From Thermodesulfobacteriota bacterium (GTDB lineage: Bacteria > Desulfobacterota > Binatia > Bin18), in the NCBI GenBank assembly GCA_964291405.2, contig OZ219926.1, positions 3,584,001-3,648,000 of the forward strand: DNA of 64,000 nucleotides, in the 5' to 3' direction. Positions 49,452 to 59,939 of the stretch are shown here, piece after piece. How positions within the stretch are numbered: the stretch's first letter is position 1; each line of letters begins with the position of its first letter. Position numbers and translations under genes: made by a program. The notes beneath the pieces were generated by a model. That model saw only the letters and a list, made by a program, of their open reading frames with translations. It had not been told where the DNA came from and ran no database searches.

Positions 49452-50903
49452 TTATTTCTCCATACCTAGAAATGTCTTGACTCGCTCTGTACACCGCGTG
49501 GTGTCGAAATCCCGATGCAGACTGGCCGTAATCATGCTGGGGTCGCCGGCGTAGAACATTTCGTACAGCTCGTGCCGGGAGCCAAAATCAGAGCCAACCA
49601 GGTCCCAGGCCAGCTTAAAGAGCCGAACCTTGTCCCGGGCCGGGATGCGGGCGCCGCGATAGTATTTTTCCAGGTCCGGGCCGGTCGGCCCGTCAAAGGC
49701 CGAGAATGTCGCCGGAAGCTGCATCAGCCCGCCCGCGCCAATCCGACGTATCATGGCCATCAAGCGCGGGTAGATACGCGGCCCCCAGACCCGTCCGACC
49801 TGGAGGGGTTCCAGAGCCGGATAGATAGCCCCGTTGGACGGGTCAATTTCGGCCTCGTGTTCCGCCGCCAGCAGGATGGATTTGATGATTTCCACGTAGC
49901 TGGCCGCTTCACCCAGGGTTTCCTGGACAACAGGTTTGTCCTGAACCCCGATGGCTTCAGCCATGAGGCTGAGCGTGCCGTAGACAAACTCGAGCTTGGA
50001 CAGCAGCCGCGTATTGGTCTGGTGGGCTGTCCATTCTCGAATGCGGGTACCGGCATACATCCGGCCGACCAAGTTGACATCTTTGTGCAAAAAAACGCGC
50101 TGCCAGGGGACAACCACATCATCAAAAACCGCGACCGCATCCATCTCGTCAAACCGGGCGCTCAGCGGATGATCTTCGACCGCACCCGGTCGGGTAAAGG
50201 ACTCCCGACACAGAATCTTCAGCCCCGGCGAGGCAACCGGGATAATAAAGACCATGGCATAGGCTGACTCCGCCGCGGTCAGGGTTGGCGGAAAGGGCCA
50301 GGCCAGAATCTCATCGGCGAACGGCGCGGCCGTAGCTATCATTTTCGCGCCTCGAATCACCAGCCCCTTGGCCGTCTCGTCTACAATCCCGAGACACTGA
50401 TAGGGATCGTCCTGCTCGGCCCGGTTCTTGGAGCGGTCCACCTGCGGATCAATCAGGGTATGGGTGAGAAACAGGTCGTTCTCGCGGCAGTGTTCATAAT
50501 AGTCCAGGACGCGTTCCCTGCACTCCGGACTCTGCCGAGCAAAATAGTCGGCCTTGGCCGCCCAGGCAGTGACCATGGCATTGAGAAAGTCCGCACTGCG
50601 GCCCATCATGCCGCAGGTTGCGTCCGCCCAGACCTTGCTCATGGTCCGCCGCCGCACGAGATCGTCCCGCGTGCGCGGGATCAGAAACGACAGACCGACC
50701 GGATCGCCGCTTGTCGGCGAGGGGTAGCACAGCGTGTCCCGATAGGCCGGGTCGTACTGCATGTCGTATAAACGCGCAACGCTCTCGACCGCGGCTCGAA
50801 AGGCCGGATGGGTGGTGACATCTTCGACGCGTTCGTTGCCCAGCCAGACCTCACGCTGATCCCGCAGTCCCGCGATAAACTCTGCTCCTGTGCGTGCACC
50901 CAT
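49452..50903 (-). CDS. hpaB: 4-hydroxyphenylacetate 3-monooxygenase oxygenase component
   Basis: MGARTGAEFI..LRD.REVW, GMMGRS.DF, FDEMDA, GSRHELYE.FYAGDP. Confidence 0.88.
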   Translation of the reverse strand: MGARTGAEFIAGLRDQREVWLGNERVEDVTTHPAFRAAVESVARLYDMQYDPAYRDTLCYPSPTSGDPVGLSFLIPRTRDDLVRRRTMSKVWADATCGMMGRSADFLNAMVTAWAAKADYFARQSPECRERVLDYYEHCRENDLFLTHTLIDPQVDRSKNRAEQDDPYQCLGIVDETAKGLVIRGAKMIATAAPFADEILAWPFPPTLTAAESAYAMVFIIPVASPGLKILCRESFTRPGAVEDHPLSARFDEMDAVAVFDDVVVPWQRVFLHKDVNLVGRMYAGTRIREWTAHQTNTRLLSKLEFVYGTLSLMAEAIGVQDKPVVQETLGEAASYVEIIKSILLAAEHEAEIDPSNGAIYPALEPLQVGRVWGPRIYPRLMAMIRRIGAGGLMQLPATFSAFDGPTGPDLEKYYRGARIPARDKVRLFKLAWDLVGSDFGSRHELYEMFYAGDPSMITASLHRDFDTTRCTERVKTFLGMEK

Positions 50904-50929
50904 AATCGCTATCCTTTGTTCCCGATCCT

Positions 50930-51433
50930 CTATAGATCAGTCCGGGCTCGTCGGACAAGACGCGCTATTTCTTTCGCGCTCACCCGGTCAACTCGACTCT
51001 GATTCGGAACAGCAGCCTGAAGCCTGCGCCGAAAGGTGTCCAGCCTGGGTTGACGCGAAAAGAAATACAGGTGAGCCGGACACGTACAGTCGGACGCGCC
51101 AAAGCCGGGAAGGGGAATCGATGCACCCGGCATGCGCGCAAAAATATCAGCCCAGGCATGTTCCCGGCGAACGGAATCGTAGGAATACCAGGCGTGTCGA
51201 AGCGTGGCTGCCCGGCGAAGATAATCAATATGCCAATGCGGACGGGTCGCCAGCCGAGAATGATGACCGACCCGCGCCCGCACGCCTCCCGGTCCCAGGG
51301 CACTGCCAACGTAGACGTAGCAGCCCGGCTCAACGGCGAGTTGGCCCAGCCGCCCAACCTGGACGGTCTGTCGCCGGTCCGCTTGCAACATGAGGGCATA
51401 GGTGCCGGGGTGCGCATCCATTTTCAGGGCCAT
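50930..51433 (-). CDS. DUF123 / GIY-YIG nuclease family protein
   Basis: GTY, YVYVGSA.GPGG, HWHIDYL, GFGASDC.C..HL. Confidence 0.88.
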   Translation of the reverse strand: MALKMDAHPGTYALMLQADRRQTVQVGRLGQLAVEPGCYVYVGSALGPGGVRARVGHHSRLATRPHWHIDYLRRAATLRHAWYSYDSVRREHAWADIFARMPGASIPLPGFGASDCTCPAHLYFFSRQPRLDTFRRRLQAAVPNQSRVDRVSAKEIARLVRRARTDL

Positions 51434-51469
51434 CTTTATTAGTCCTCACAGGTCTCTATACTACAAGGG

Positions 51470-53011
51470 ATGCGCAGGGACATGTCTCATAACAGAGCAG
51501 AGCCGGGCATGAGTGCGCGGACCCGCCATACCCTGCCAGGGAGCACGACCCAGGACCAGCTCCTCGGTCAGTTGCAAAGGCGGTTTCCCGTTGAGCTCAC
51601 CTCTCTGGGAACCCAGGCGCGGCATTATTTCGATACCTTTGATTGGCGTCTGTTTCGGCGTGGGCTGGCATTGTGTCAGGCGCGCGATACGGTTGCGCTC
51701 TGGTCGCTGGACAGCCGTCCGGTGAGTGAACGCACGTCCTGCTCGGCGCTCCCGCCCTATGTCAGTAAGTGGGTGGAGAGTCCCCTCAAAGCACAACTCC
51801 TGCCGCTGGTCTCAATCCGTGCGCTTATGGAGCGAGGGGTCGTGCACGCCGCATATTTTACGGTGGCTGAGCAGGCGGCTCCTTATCGACCGGTGGCGCA
51901 CGTTGTCTTTGAAGAAGGCGCCGCCAAAGACTACGGACGAATCGTCCCGCTTCCGGCCCAGATCGAGGTTGCAACCTATGCCGGGTCGGCCGTGGCCGGT
52001 GAACTGCGAACGTGGCTGGACTCCTTGGGTCTGACAGCGGTTTCCCCGAGCGGTCCTGCGGCAACCCTGTACACCGTCCAGCAGGTCAGGGCGTATTCCG
52101 CAAAACTCGCCTTCACATTCGAGCCCGACATGCGGGCTGAGCACGCGGTGCGTACAATTCTGGCCTTTCTGCTCGACATCGTCAGACAGAACCGGCCGGG
52201 TATCCTCCACGATATCGATACCGAGTTTTTACACGACTTCCGGGTCGCCGTCCGGCGCGCCCGATCCCTACTCGGCCAACTGCCCAAGGTGCTTCCGGTT
52301 CGCTTGACCAACCGCCTGCGCAAGGACCTGTCCTTTTTGGGTAGCCTGACCAACCACCTGCGCGACCTGGACGTGTTACTGCTCCACCAAGCCGACTATC
52401 TGGCCGCCGTACCGCCAGACCTGCGACCGGATATGGAGCCGCTTTTTCGCGCCGTTCAGCATGAACGCTACGCCACCCATCACCGGCTGGTGGAGGCGCT
52501 GAACACCCCGCAGTCTGAGGCCATTCTCCAGCGCTGGGAAAGTGCGACAACAGAGACGAAAGCCAGGGGGCCGCAGGCAGAACATAAGGTGGCCAAGCTG
52601 GTCCGAAAGGCTATCCGCAGGCAGTGTCAGCGGATGCTCACCGCCACACCGCCCGACACTCTCAGGGACAGCGCCCCCGAGCAACTGCATAGACTGCGCA
52701 TCGCCTGTAAGAAGCTGCGTTATATGTTCGAGTTTTTTGCCAGCGCGTTTTCCCAGGAGTTGACGGCTGAACCGGTCCGGCGTCTGCGCGTTCTCCAGGA
52801 TGTACTCGGTCAGCTCAACGACCTCGATGTCCAGCGGCAGATGCTGCAAAACCTCGCCCGCGCAGTGCCGGGCCCGTCCGGCCAGAGGCACCGCACCGAT
52901 ACCGCAGTTCACCTCCTGACGCAGACCTTTGAAACACAGCAGGAGCAACTGCGCACGCAAGTCCATACGACCTTTACGGACTTTATCGCCGAGGTCGCCC
53001 CGTGGTCATAA
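51470..53011 (+). CDS. CHAD domain (polyphosphate-binding) protein; start uncertain
   Basis: LHDFRVAVRRARS, RDLDV, LHRLRIACKKLRY, QDVLG..ND. Confidence 0.88.
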   Translation: MRRDMSHNRAEPGMSARTRHTLPGSTTQDQLLGQLQRRFPVELTSLGTQARHYFDTFDWRLFRRGLALCQARDTVALWSLDSRPVSERTSCSALPPYVSKWVESPLKAQLLPLVSIRALMERGVVHAAYFTVAEQAAPYRPVAHVVFEEGAAKDYGRIVPLPAQIEVATYAGSAVAGELRTWLDSLGLTAVSPSGPAATLYTVQQVRAYSAKLAFTFEPDMRAEHAVRTILAFLLDIVRQNRPGILHDIDTEFLHDFRVAVRRARSLLGQLPKVLPVRLTNRLRKDLSFLGSLTNHLRDLDVLLLHQADYLAAVPPDLRPDMEPLFRAVQHERYATHHRLVEALNTPQSEAILQRWESATTETKARGPQAEHKVAKLVRKAIRRQCQRMLTATPPDTLRDSAPEQLHRLRIACKKLRYMFEFFASAFSQELTAEPVRRLRVLQDVLGQLNDLDVQRQMLQNLARAVPGPSGQRHRTDTAVHLLTQTFETQQEQLRTQVHTTFTDFIAEVAPWS

Positions 53012-53043
53012 AACGGGGTGGTCAGGAAGACGGTTCACGAACC

Positions 53044-53751
53044 TTACACGCCCGATTGTGGCGGGCTGGCGTAGGGGACTTTCCACACCCCTGGACCGTA
53101 TAAGAGGGCGAGCCCGCGATGCAGCTTGTTGTCGCGTGACGGGTGCAAGGGAAAACGTTCCTGGAGAAAACGGCTGATCCGTCCCAGCTCATCCTGCGTG
53201 CCGGTCTCCAACTCGACTTCGACTTCATAAAACGTGGCAAAGGTGTGCTCCGGTGCTTTCGGGTCACGATACCGTGCCGTATCAAGCGCTATCTCTGCCA
53301 GTGCCTCTGCTTGTGGTTCAGCGCTCCGCTTGATGGCCAGGCGTTGGCGCTCTACCTCGGAAATCAGAATCGGGGCCAGCGTCTGGCCGATAGCAGCGGC
53401 GGGTAAACCGTCGGCCAATTCTTCTGGCGGGACGAAGGGAAAGGTCGGAGCACTGGGCAATACCACCGTCCGTTCCGGGCGAGCATGAATAGCTCCTTTG
53501 ACTTGCCCCTGTCCCTTGGTCGAAGCTTCCCAGCCATCGTCCCCTATGCGTCGAAGACGCAGGGCCAGCGCATGCCGGGCGATGAGGAAGTCGGCCGTAT
53601 CCAGATACGTCGTCTGCAACTGGAGAGTCGGGCGGCGCTCAAAACGAAAGGAGCCGAACTGGGAGCAGGCCGCGATCTGATCGAAGACCGTCACGTCCTC
53701 GGTGAGGAGTTTGACTTCAACTTCCTGAAGGACGGCGCTCGGGGTTGTCAT
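53044..53751 (-). CDS. CYTH domain triphosphatase
   Basis: EVEVKL, YLDT, LRLRR, EIALD, EVEVEL, K..RG. Confidence 0.88.
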   Translation of the reverse strand: MTTPSAVLQEVEVKLLTEDVTVFDQIAACSQFGSFRFERRPTLQLQTTYLDTADFLIARHALALRLRRIGDDGWEASTKGQGQVKGAIHARPERTVVLPSAPTFPFVPPEELADGLPAAAIGQTLAPILISEVERQRLAIKRSAEPQAEALAEIALDTARYRDPKAPEHTFATFYEVEVELETGTQDELGRISRFLQERFPLHPSRDNKLHRGLALLYGPGVWKVPYASPPQSGV

Positions 53752-53935
53752 CGCTCTGTAAGTCCTTTCTCCGGCGTGGGGCTACGTGCCGTCTGACGGA
53801 GGGGAAGAATTGTCAGCTTTCTCCGGCCCATGTGTCAAGTCCTCCGTAGGAGTAAGAACCTTGACCCTGCCCGCATGAACAGGATAGGGATACGGCACGT
53901 CAAAAAACTCGGAACCATACAGGGAGGGGAAAGAG

Positions 53936-55618
53936 ATGTCCTACGATCTGCTGATTAAGAATGGCACGGTGGTTGACGGGAGCGGCGCGCCGCCGGTCCA
54001 GGCCGATATTGCGGTTGCAGAGGGAAAGATCGCTGAAATTGGAAAAATCAGCGACGGCGCAAAAAAGATCATTGACGCGTCCGACCTGACGGTCTCCCCC
54101 GGCTTTATCGACCACCACACCCACTATGATGCCCAGATCTGTTGGGACCCGGTCATCTCTCCGTCGTCCTGGCACGGCGTGACCAGCGTCATCATGGGCA
54201 ACTGCGGCGTGGGCCTGGCTCCATGCAAACCCGATGTGCGCGAAATCGCGGCCTGGGATCTCGTCAATGTCGAGGCCATTCCTTTTGATGTGTTGTCACA
54301 GGGCGTGACCTGGGATTGGGAAACCTTCCCCGAATACATGGACGCTGCGGCTAAACGAGGCTCGGGGATCAACCTCGGGTTCATGGCTCCGCTGACCCCG
54401 TTTCGTCATTACGTGATGGGTGAAGAATCCATGGAGCGGGCCGCCACGCCAGAGGAAACAACCCGGATCGCCGCCCTCCTGCGAGAGGCCATGCAGGCCG
54501 GGGCGTTTGGCTTCTCAACCACCAACGGCCCGCAGCATATCGGCTATCAGGGCCGGCCGCTCGCCTGCCGCCTGGCCAGCTTTGACGAACTGGCCGCCTA
54601 CGCCGGCGTCCTCAAAGACCTTGGCCGGGGCTCGATTGAGCTCGCCCTGAACGACCAACCGGGTGTGGTCACGGAAAGCGACTATGCCTTGCTCGACCAT
54701 TTGGGCACCGAAAGCAATCGTCCGGTGACCTGGCTGGCCATGCTGTCCCGAGACGACCAGCCCGATGTCTGCATGGAGACGCTCCGCCAGACCGAGTCCC
54801 TGATTCAGCGCGGGATCGTCCCGCAGGTTACCTGCCGGCCACTCAGTGTGCAGGTCAACCTGCGCAACCCGTTTATTTTTGCCAATCTGGAGTGCTGGAA
54901 CCCGGCCTTTAACAAATCGGAAGAGGAGCAGAGCGCGCTCTACCGTGACCCCGACTTCCGTCAGGCCTGGCGCAAAACCTTTGAGCAGCCCAGGGTCTTT
55001 CCTGGGAAGTGGGACCGGGTTGATATTCAGGAAGTCAGCAATCCGGCGCTCAAACAGTACGAAGGCAAAACGGTTGACGAGGTGGCCCGCGAGCGGGGGA
55101 AAGACGGGCTGGACACTTTCCTCGACCTGGCCATTGAGGACAATCTGAATATCCAGTACGTCATGGCTCTGTTTAACGCAGACGAAAATCGTGTGGCCGA
55201 ACTCATTACCCATCCCAACACGATGATCGGCCTGTCGGACGGCGGCGCCCATGTGGATATGCTATGCGACGCCGGCTACTGTACCTATCTGCTCGGCACC
55301 TGGGTGCGTGAAAAGCAGCTCATGCCGATTGAGCGGGCGGTCCAACGCATCACCTCCGAACCGGCCCGATTCTTTGGCGTGCCCAATCGGGGTGTGCTGG
55401 CTGAAGGCATGGCCGCTGATATCGCCATTTTCGATGCCGCTACGATCGGCTCGCCCAGGCGGCCCGAGATGCGCCACGACCTGCCCGGCGGCGGCCGGCG
55501 TCTGGTCGTCCCCGCTCAAGGGGTGATGCACACGGTTGTGAATGGTGAGGTCTTATACCAAGACCAGCAGCACACCGGCGACCTGCCCGGCCAAGTGCTG
55601 CGGGCCGGAGCCGCCTAG
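53936..55618 (+). CDS. N-acyl-D-amino-acid deacylase family amidohydrolase
   Basis: PGFIDHHTHYD, GNCGVG, SDGGAH. Confidence 0.9.
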   Translation: MSYDLLIKNGTVVDGSGAPPVQADIAVAEGKIAEIGKISDGAKKIIDASDLTVSPGFIDHHTHYDAQICWDPVISPSSWHGVTSVIMGNCGVGLAPCKPDVREIAAWDLVNVEAIPFDVLSQGVTWDWETFPEYMDAAAKRGSGINLGFMAPLTPFRHYVMGEESMERAATPEETTRIAALLREAMQAGAFGFSTTNGPQHIGYQGRPLACRLASFDELAAYAGVLKDLGRGSIELALNDQPGVVTESDYALLDHLGTESNRPVTWLAMLSRDDQPDVCMETLRQTESLIQRGIVPQVTCRPLSVQVNLRNPFIFANLECWNPAFNKSEEEQSALYRDPDFRQAWRKTFEQPRVFPGKWDRVDIQEVSNPALKQYEGKTVDEVARERGKDGLDTFLDLAIEDNLNIQYVMALFNADENRVAELITHPNTMIGLSDGGAHVDMLCDAGYCTYLLGTWVREKQLMPIERAVQRITSEPARFFGVPNRGVLAEGMAADIAIFDAATIGSPRRPEMRHDLPGGGRRLVVPAQGVMHTVVNGEVLYQDQQHTGDLPGQVLRAGAA

Positions 55619-55668
55619 TCCGCTTTTTCTCCAGCCACGCGCCCCTCCCCGGAGGGGCGCTAAAATAT

Positions 55669-55708
55669 CCCCTCTCGGGAGGGGTGCCGCGAAGCGACGG
55701 GGTGGGTT
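55669..55708 (+). repeat. REP-like GC-rich element, inverted partner of 61471-61510
   Basis: cccctctcgggaggggtgccgcgaagcgacggggtgggtt. Confidence 0.7.
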
Positions 55709-55776
55709 TCCCCTTCTGCTCGATATAGACACTCCCGCTCATCCAAAACCGAACCCACAATAACAACCCCACGGAC

Positions 55777-58542
55777 ATGGCCAGAGCCAACCAGACCCCG
55801 GAACAAGCTGCTCGCGAAAATATTGACAGCTTGCTCACCCAGGCCGGCTGGGCGGTCCAGGACAAAAATCGTATCGATCCCAAGGCGAGTCTCGGCCTTG
55901 CCATACGTGAATATCAGACCGATGCCGGGCCGGCCGACTACGTTCTCTGCATCGACAGGAAACCCGTCGGCGTGGTCGAGGCCAAGCCGGAACACTGGGG
56001 CCAGAAGATCACGACGGTCGAGGAGCAATCGGGACGTTACGCGTCCGCAAAACTCAAGTGGGCGAGCGACAGCACATCCTTACCCTTTGTGTACGAAAGC
56101 ACCGGCGTACTCACCCGTTTCACCGACGGACGCGACCCGAGACCGCGCTCCCGCGAGGTGTTCAGTTTTCCCCGGCCGGAGACCATGCAGGACTGGTACA
56201 CCCGGTCGGCCACGCTCCGCGCACGGCTCCGGGCGCTGCCGAGTTTAGACCCTACCGGCTTGAGAGCGTGCCAGGTCAACGCCATCGAGCAGCTCGAAGC
56301 CTCCTTCCAAGCTGACCGCCCGCGCGCCCTGATTCAAATGGCGACCGGCTCGGGCAAGACCTATACCGCCATCACCTCGATCTACCGGCTGCTCAAACAC
56401 GCGGACGCCAAACGTGTCCTCTTTCTGGTGGACACCAGGAACCTGGGCGAACAGGCCGAGCAGGAATTCATGGCCTACGTGCCCGGCGACGACAACCGCA
56501 AGTTCACCGAGCTGTACAACGTCCAGCGTCTCAAATCATCCTTTGTCGCCAAGGACAGTCAGGTCTGCATCAGCACCATCCAGCGTATGTACTCGCTGCT
56601 GAAGGACCAGGACATGGACGAAGCCGCCGAAGAGATCAACCCGGCGGAGATGGTCCAGCCCAAACGACCCATGCCGGTCGTTTATAACCCCAAGATTCCG
56701 CCCGAGTTCTTTGACTTCATCATCATCGACGAGTGTCACCGCTCGATTTACAACCTGTGGCGTCAGGTCCTGGAATACTTCGACGCCTATCTCATCGGTC
56801 TGACCGCCACACCCGACAACCGCACCTATGGTTTCTTCAAAACGAACGTCGTCAGCGAATACGACCACGAGCAGGCCGTCGCCGACGGCGTCAATGTCGG
56901 TAACGAAGTCTATGTCATCGACACGGAAAGAACCAAGCACGGCGGGCAACTCAAGGCCGAACAGCAGGTCGAAAAACGCGAGCGCCTGACACGCCGCAAG
57001 CGCTGGGAGATTCAGGACGAGGACCTCGCCTATACCGCCCGGGAACTCGACCACGCCATCGTCATCCCCGACCAGATTCGCACCATCGTCCGCACCTTTC
57101 GCGACAAGCTGCCGGAGATATTTCCCGGCCGCACCGAAGTGCCCAAGACGCTGGTTTTTGCCAAGACCGACAGCCACGCCGACGACATTATCCAGACTGT
57201 GCGTGAGGAATTCGCCCAAGGCAACGAGTTCTGTAAGAAGGTCACCTACAAAACCGAGGAAGACCCGAAATCCGTCCTGGCCCAGTTCCGCAACGACTAC
57301 CACCCGCGTATCGCCGTGACCGTGGACATGATCGCCACCGGCACAGACGTCAAGCCGCTCGAATGCCTGCTCTTCATGCGTGATGTCAAAAGCCGCAACT
57401 ATTTCGAGCAGATGAAGGGCCGTGGCACCCGCACCCTCGACCATGACGATCTTAAGAAAGTCTCGCCCTCCGCGGCCAGCGGCAAGACCCACTATGTGAT
57501 CGTGGACGCCGTCGGCGTCACACAATCACTCAAGACCGCCAGCCAGCCGCTCATCACCAAACCCTCCGTGCCGCTCAAGGACCTCGCCATGGGCGTGATG
57601 ATGGGCGCACATGACGAGGACACGGTCAGTTCCCTTGCAGGCCGTCTCGCCCGGCTCAACCAACAACTTGACCTCCCTGAGCAGGAACGTATCCGCGAAA
57701 AGGCCGGCGGCATCGCCCTCACCGACATCGTCGGTAATCTGCTGCACGCCATCGACCCGGACCAGGTCGAAGCCAAGGCCCGCGAGACCGAGTCCGTACC
57801 CGACGGTGCCGAACCCTCACCGGCCGCCCGCGAACAGGCCCAGGAGCAGTTGGTCCGTGACGCTACCGGTGTGTTCAACGGCGAGCTGATTGAACTGCTC
57901 GACTCGATTCGCCGCAACAAGGAGCAGACCATCGACCATGACAGCCTGGACCGAGTGTTGCGCGCCGAGTGGGAGGGTGACGCGCACGAGAACGCCGAAG
58001 CCCTGGCGCAGGATTTCCGGCACTATCTGGAAGCCAACCGCGATGAAATCGAAGCCCTGACCATTTTTTACGCCCAGCCACACCGCCGCCGTGAGTTGAC
58101 CTACGCCATGATCCGCGAGGTGTCCGACAGACTCAAGAACGACCGGCCCCGCCTTTCCCCTTTGCGCGTCTGGCAGGCGTATACCCTGCTCGACGAATAC
58201 AAGGGACAGCAGCCTGCCACTGAACTGACCGCGCTCGTGGCCTTGATCCGCCGCGTCTGCGGCATTGACGCGACAATCTCACCCTATTCGGAAACCGTGC
58301 GCCGCAATTTTCAGCAGTGGATCATGACGCACCACAGCGGCAGCGGAGAGAAGTTCAACGAGGAGCAGATGGACTGGCTGCGCATGATTCGTGACCACAT
58401 CATCACCTCGTTTCATCTGGACCGCGACGATCTGGACATGGCTCCATTCGATGGCAAGGGCGGCATGGGGCAGATGTACAAGCTCTTCGGTGACCGGATG
58501 GATGATGTGATTGATGAGTTGAATGAGGCGCTAGCCGCATGA
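55777..58542 (+). CDS. hsdR: Type I restriction enzyme R subunit (EcoEI-like C-terminus)
   Basis: ADY...EAK nuclease motif, MATGSGKT, DECH, TAT, QMKGRGTR. Confidence 0.95.
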   Translation: MARANQTPEQAARENIDSLLTQAGWAVQDKNRIDPKASLGLAIREYQTDAGPADYVLCIDRKPVGVVEAKPEHWGQKITTVEEQSGRYASAKLKWASDSTSLPFVYESTGVLTRFTDGRDPRPRSREVFSFPRPETMQDWYTRSATLRARLRALPSLDPTGLRACQVNAIEQLEASFQADRPRALIQMATGSGKTYTAITSIYRLLKHADAKRVLFLVDTRNLGEQAEQEFMAYVPGDDNRKFTELYNVQRLKSSFVAKDSQVCISTIQRMYSLLKDQDMDEAAEEINPAEMVQPKRPMPVVYNPKIPPEFFDFIIIDECHRSIYNLWRQVLEYFDAYLIGLTATPDNRTYGFFKTNVVSEYDHEQAVADGVNVGNEVYVIDTERTKHGGQLKAEQQVEKRERLTRRKRWEIQDEDLAYTARELDHAIVIPDQIRTIVRTFRDKLPEIFPGRTEVPKTLVFAKTDSHADDIIQTVREEFAQGNEFCKKVTYKTEEDPKSVLAQFRNDYHPRIAVTVDMIATGTDVKPLECLLFMRDVKSRNYFEQMKGRGTRTLDHDDLKKVSPSAASGKTHYVIVDAVGVTQSLKTASQPLITKPSVPLKDLAMGVMMGAHDEDTVSSLAGRLARLNQQLDLPEQERIREKAGGIALTDIVGNLLHAIDPDQVEAKARETESVPDGAEPSPAAREQAQEQLVRDATGVFNGELIELLDSIRRNKEQTIDHDSLDRVLRAEWEGDAHENAEALAQDFRHYLEANRDEIEALTIFYAQPHRRRELTYAMIREVSDRLKNDRPRLSPLRVWQAYTLLDEYKGQQPATELTALVALIRRVCGIDATISPYSETVRRNFQQWIMTHHSGSGEKFNEEQMDWLRMIRDHIITSFHLDRDDLDMAPFDGKGGMGQMYKLFGDRMDDVIDELNEALAA

Positions 58543-58597
58543 AGGAAGAAGGGAGAAGGAAAAAGGATGAAGTTGTGGACCTTCGGATTCGGACGAA
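58444..58597 (+). repeat. hsdR 3' end plus purine-rich leader, copy A (diverged direct repeat of 59773-59939)
   Basis: PFDGKGG.GQM.KLFGDRMDDVIDELN plus MKEEGRRKK leader occur twice. Confidence 0.92.
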
Positions 58598-58946
58598 GGA
58601 GTTTGCACTGCGGATCATTCGCCTTTACTCAGGTCTTCCCAAGCGGACCGAGGCTCAAGTAATAGGCGGGCAAATTATTCGTTCTGGAACGTCTGTAGGA
58701 GCAAATTACCGGGAGGCATATCGCGCGCGGAGCAAAGCGGAGTTCATCGCAAAGGCTGGCGACTGTTTGAAGGAGATTGAGGAAACCGGTTATTGGCTTG
58801 AGCTGCTTGTCGATTCAGGAATTGTTTCCGAGGATCGACTTGAGAACTTGAGAAACGAATGTGGTGAATTAACTGCGATATTCGTCACTTCCATTCGGAA
58901 TGCGAAGAGCAATGAAGAAAGGCAAAAGGGAGAAGGAAAAAAGTAG
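58539..58946 (+). CDS. Four-helix-bundle protein (23S rRNA IVP / bAvd-like)
   Basis: RT..FALRII.L...LP, QIIRSGTSVGANYREA.RARS..EF..K, E.EET.YWLELL. Confidence 0.92.
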   Translation: MKEEGRRKKDEVVDLRIRTKEFALRIIRLYSGLPKRTEAQVIGGQIIRSGTSVGANYREAYRARSKAEFIAKAGDCLKEIEETGYWLELLVDSGIVSEDRLENLRNECGELTAIFVTSIRNAKSNEERQKGEGKK

Positions 58947-58960
58947 AAGGAGAAAGGATC

Positions 58961-59028
58961 ATACGGGCGCCAGACTGCGCGTTGATTTTGACCGGCATTT
59001 CTTCCTTCTGCCTTCCTCCTTCTTCCTT
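58961..59028 (+). repeat. Diverged copy of an internal hsdS segment (60296-60362)
   Basis: cgcgttgattttgacc..atttcttccttctgccttcctcctt.ttcctt is shared, with one indel. Confidence 0.9.
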
Positions 59029-59062
59029 AGATCGCATAGAGACAGGTGGCCGGTCTCAGTGC

Positions 59063-59404
59063 TCACGGAGTTGCAGCTTGGGCGTCCCCCGTCTCTCTTC
59101 CCTCCGTGCCGAGCGCCTGCACGACCGAATCCGGATCGTGGTCTATCACGGTCAGCAGTACACGGGCGGCCCGGTCTGGAACCCGGCGGCCCTGTTCCCA
59201 GTCCTGCACGGCACGTACATCAAGGCCAAAACGGTCGGCGAATTTCTGCCGGCTCAGCTTCAGACGTTTGCGAAGCGCGACGATCCGCCCAGCGCTGGGG
59301 TCGTCCACGATCCGGCAGGAAAGTGCTGTCTCACCGCGCACATGGGCAAGCACCTCGCCCAGGGCTGTTTCAATCTCTTGGCCGATGTTGGTGCGTTCCT
59401 TCAT
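59063..59404 (-). CDS. HigA-like XRE-HTH antitoxin
   Basis: LRKRLKLSRQKFA..FGL....QDWEQGRR.PD..AR.LL. Confidence 0.85.
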   Translation of the reverse strand: MKERTNIGQEIETALGEVLAHVRGETALSCRIVDDPSAGRIVALRKRLKLSRQKFADRFGLDVRAVQDWEQGRRVPDRAARVLLTVIDHDPDSVVQALGTEGRETGDAQAATP

Positions 59405-59730
59405 TTTTCTCGCCTCTCTTTTCTGATCGCCGCCACCAGCTTGGACAACGCCTTGACGTCCGCCGCCGTCAGATCGTCGCGGTCCGCCTTCGCATAGGCC
59501 GTCAGCATATAGATGGCTTCGGGGCCAGGGTAGAAGTAGATTACGCGAAGGCCACCCCGCTTGCCACGACCGGAACCGGCCCAGCGCAACTTGCGGATGC
59601 CGCCCGTCCCCCGGATAACGGGTGCCGTATCGGGAGTGGACATGATCGTCGCTTCCATTTCCCTCCGGGCTTCTGGCGAAAGCAGCTTACGAATGGCGCG
59701 TTCATAGGTGCGGGTAAAGTACAGGTGCAT
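59401..59730 (-). CDS. RelE/HigB family toxin
   Basis: I.GTGGIRKLRW...GRGKRGG.RVIYF, AYAK....DL. Confidence 0.9.
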   Translation of the reverse strand: MHLYFTRTYERAIRKLLSPEARREMEATIMSTPDTAPVIRGTGGIRKLRWAGSGRGKRGGLRVIYFYPGPEAIYMLTAYAKADRDDLTAADVKALSKLVAAIRKERREK

Positions 59731-59737
59731 TGGCTCT

Positions 59738-59764
59738 CAATTATGCGGCAATGCCGCATAATTG
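59738..59764. promoter_or_regulatory. Perfect inverted repeat, putative TA operator
   Basis: CAATTATGCGGCA-A-TGCCGCATAATTG just upstream of the toxin ATG. Confidence 0.7.
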
Positions 59765-59772
59765 GCAAGATG

Positions 59773-59939
59773 CCGTTCGATGGCAAGGGCGGCAAGGGGC
59801 AGATGGATAAGCTCTTCGGCGACCGGATGGATGATGTGATTGATGAGTTGAATGGGGTGTTGGCGGTGTGAAGGAAAAACATGAAGGAAGAAGGGAGAAG
59901 GAAAAAGGCGGAAGTGGCGGAGCTTCGGACTCGGACGAA
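59773..59939 (+). repeat. hsdR 3' end plus leader, copy B
   Basis: Diverged copy of 58444-58597 with a 13-nt insert. Confidence 0.9.

Noticed and set aside
58539-58946. 23S rRNA intervening sequence
   Set aside because: No rRNA flanks; the gene lies inside the hsd operon
58900-59871. 323-aa plus-strand ORF
   Set aside because: Antisense shadow of the HigBA pair joined to duplicated hsdS and hsdR fragments
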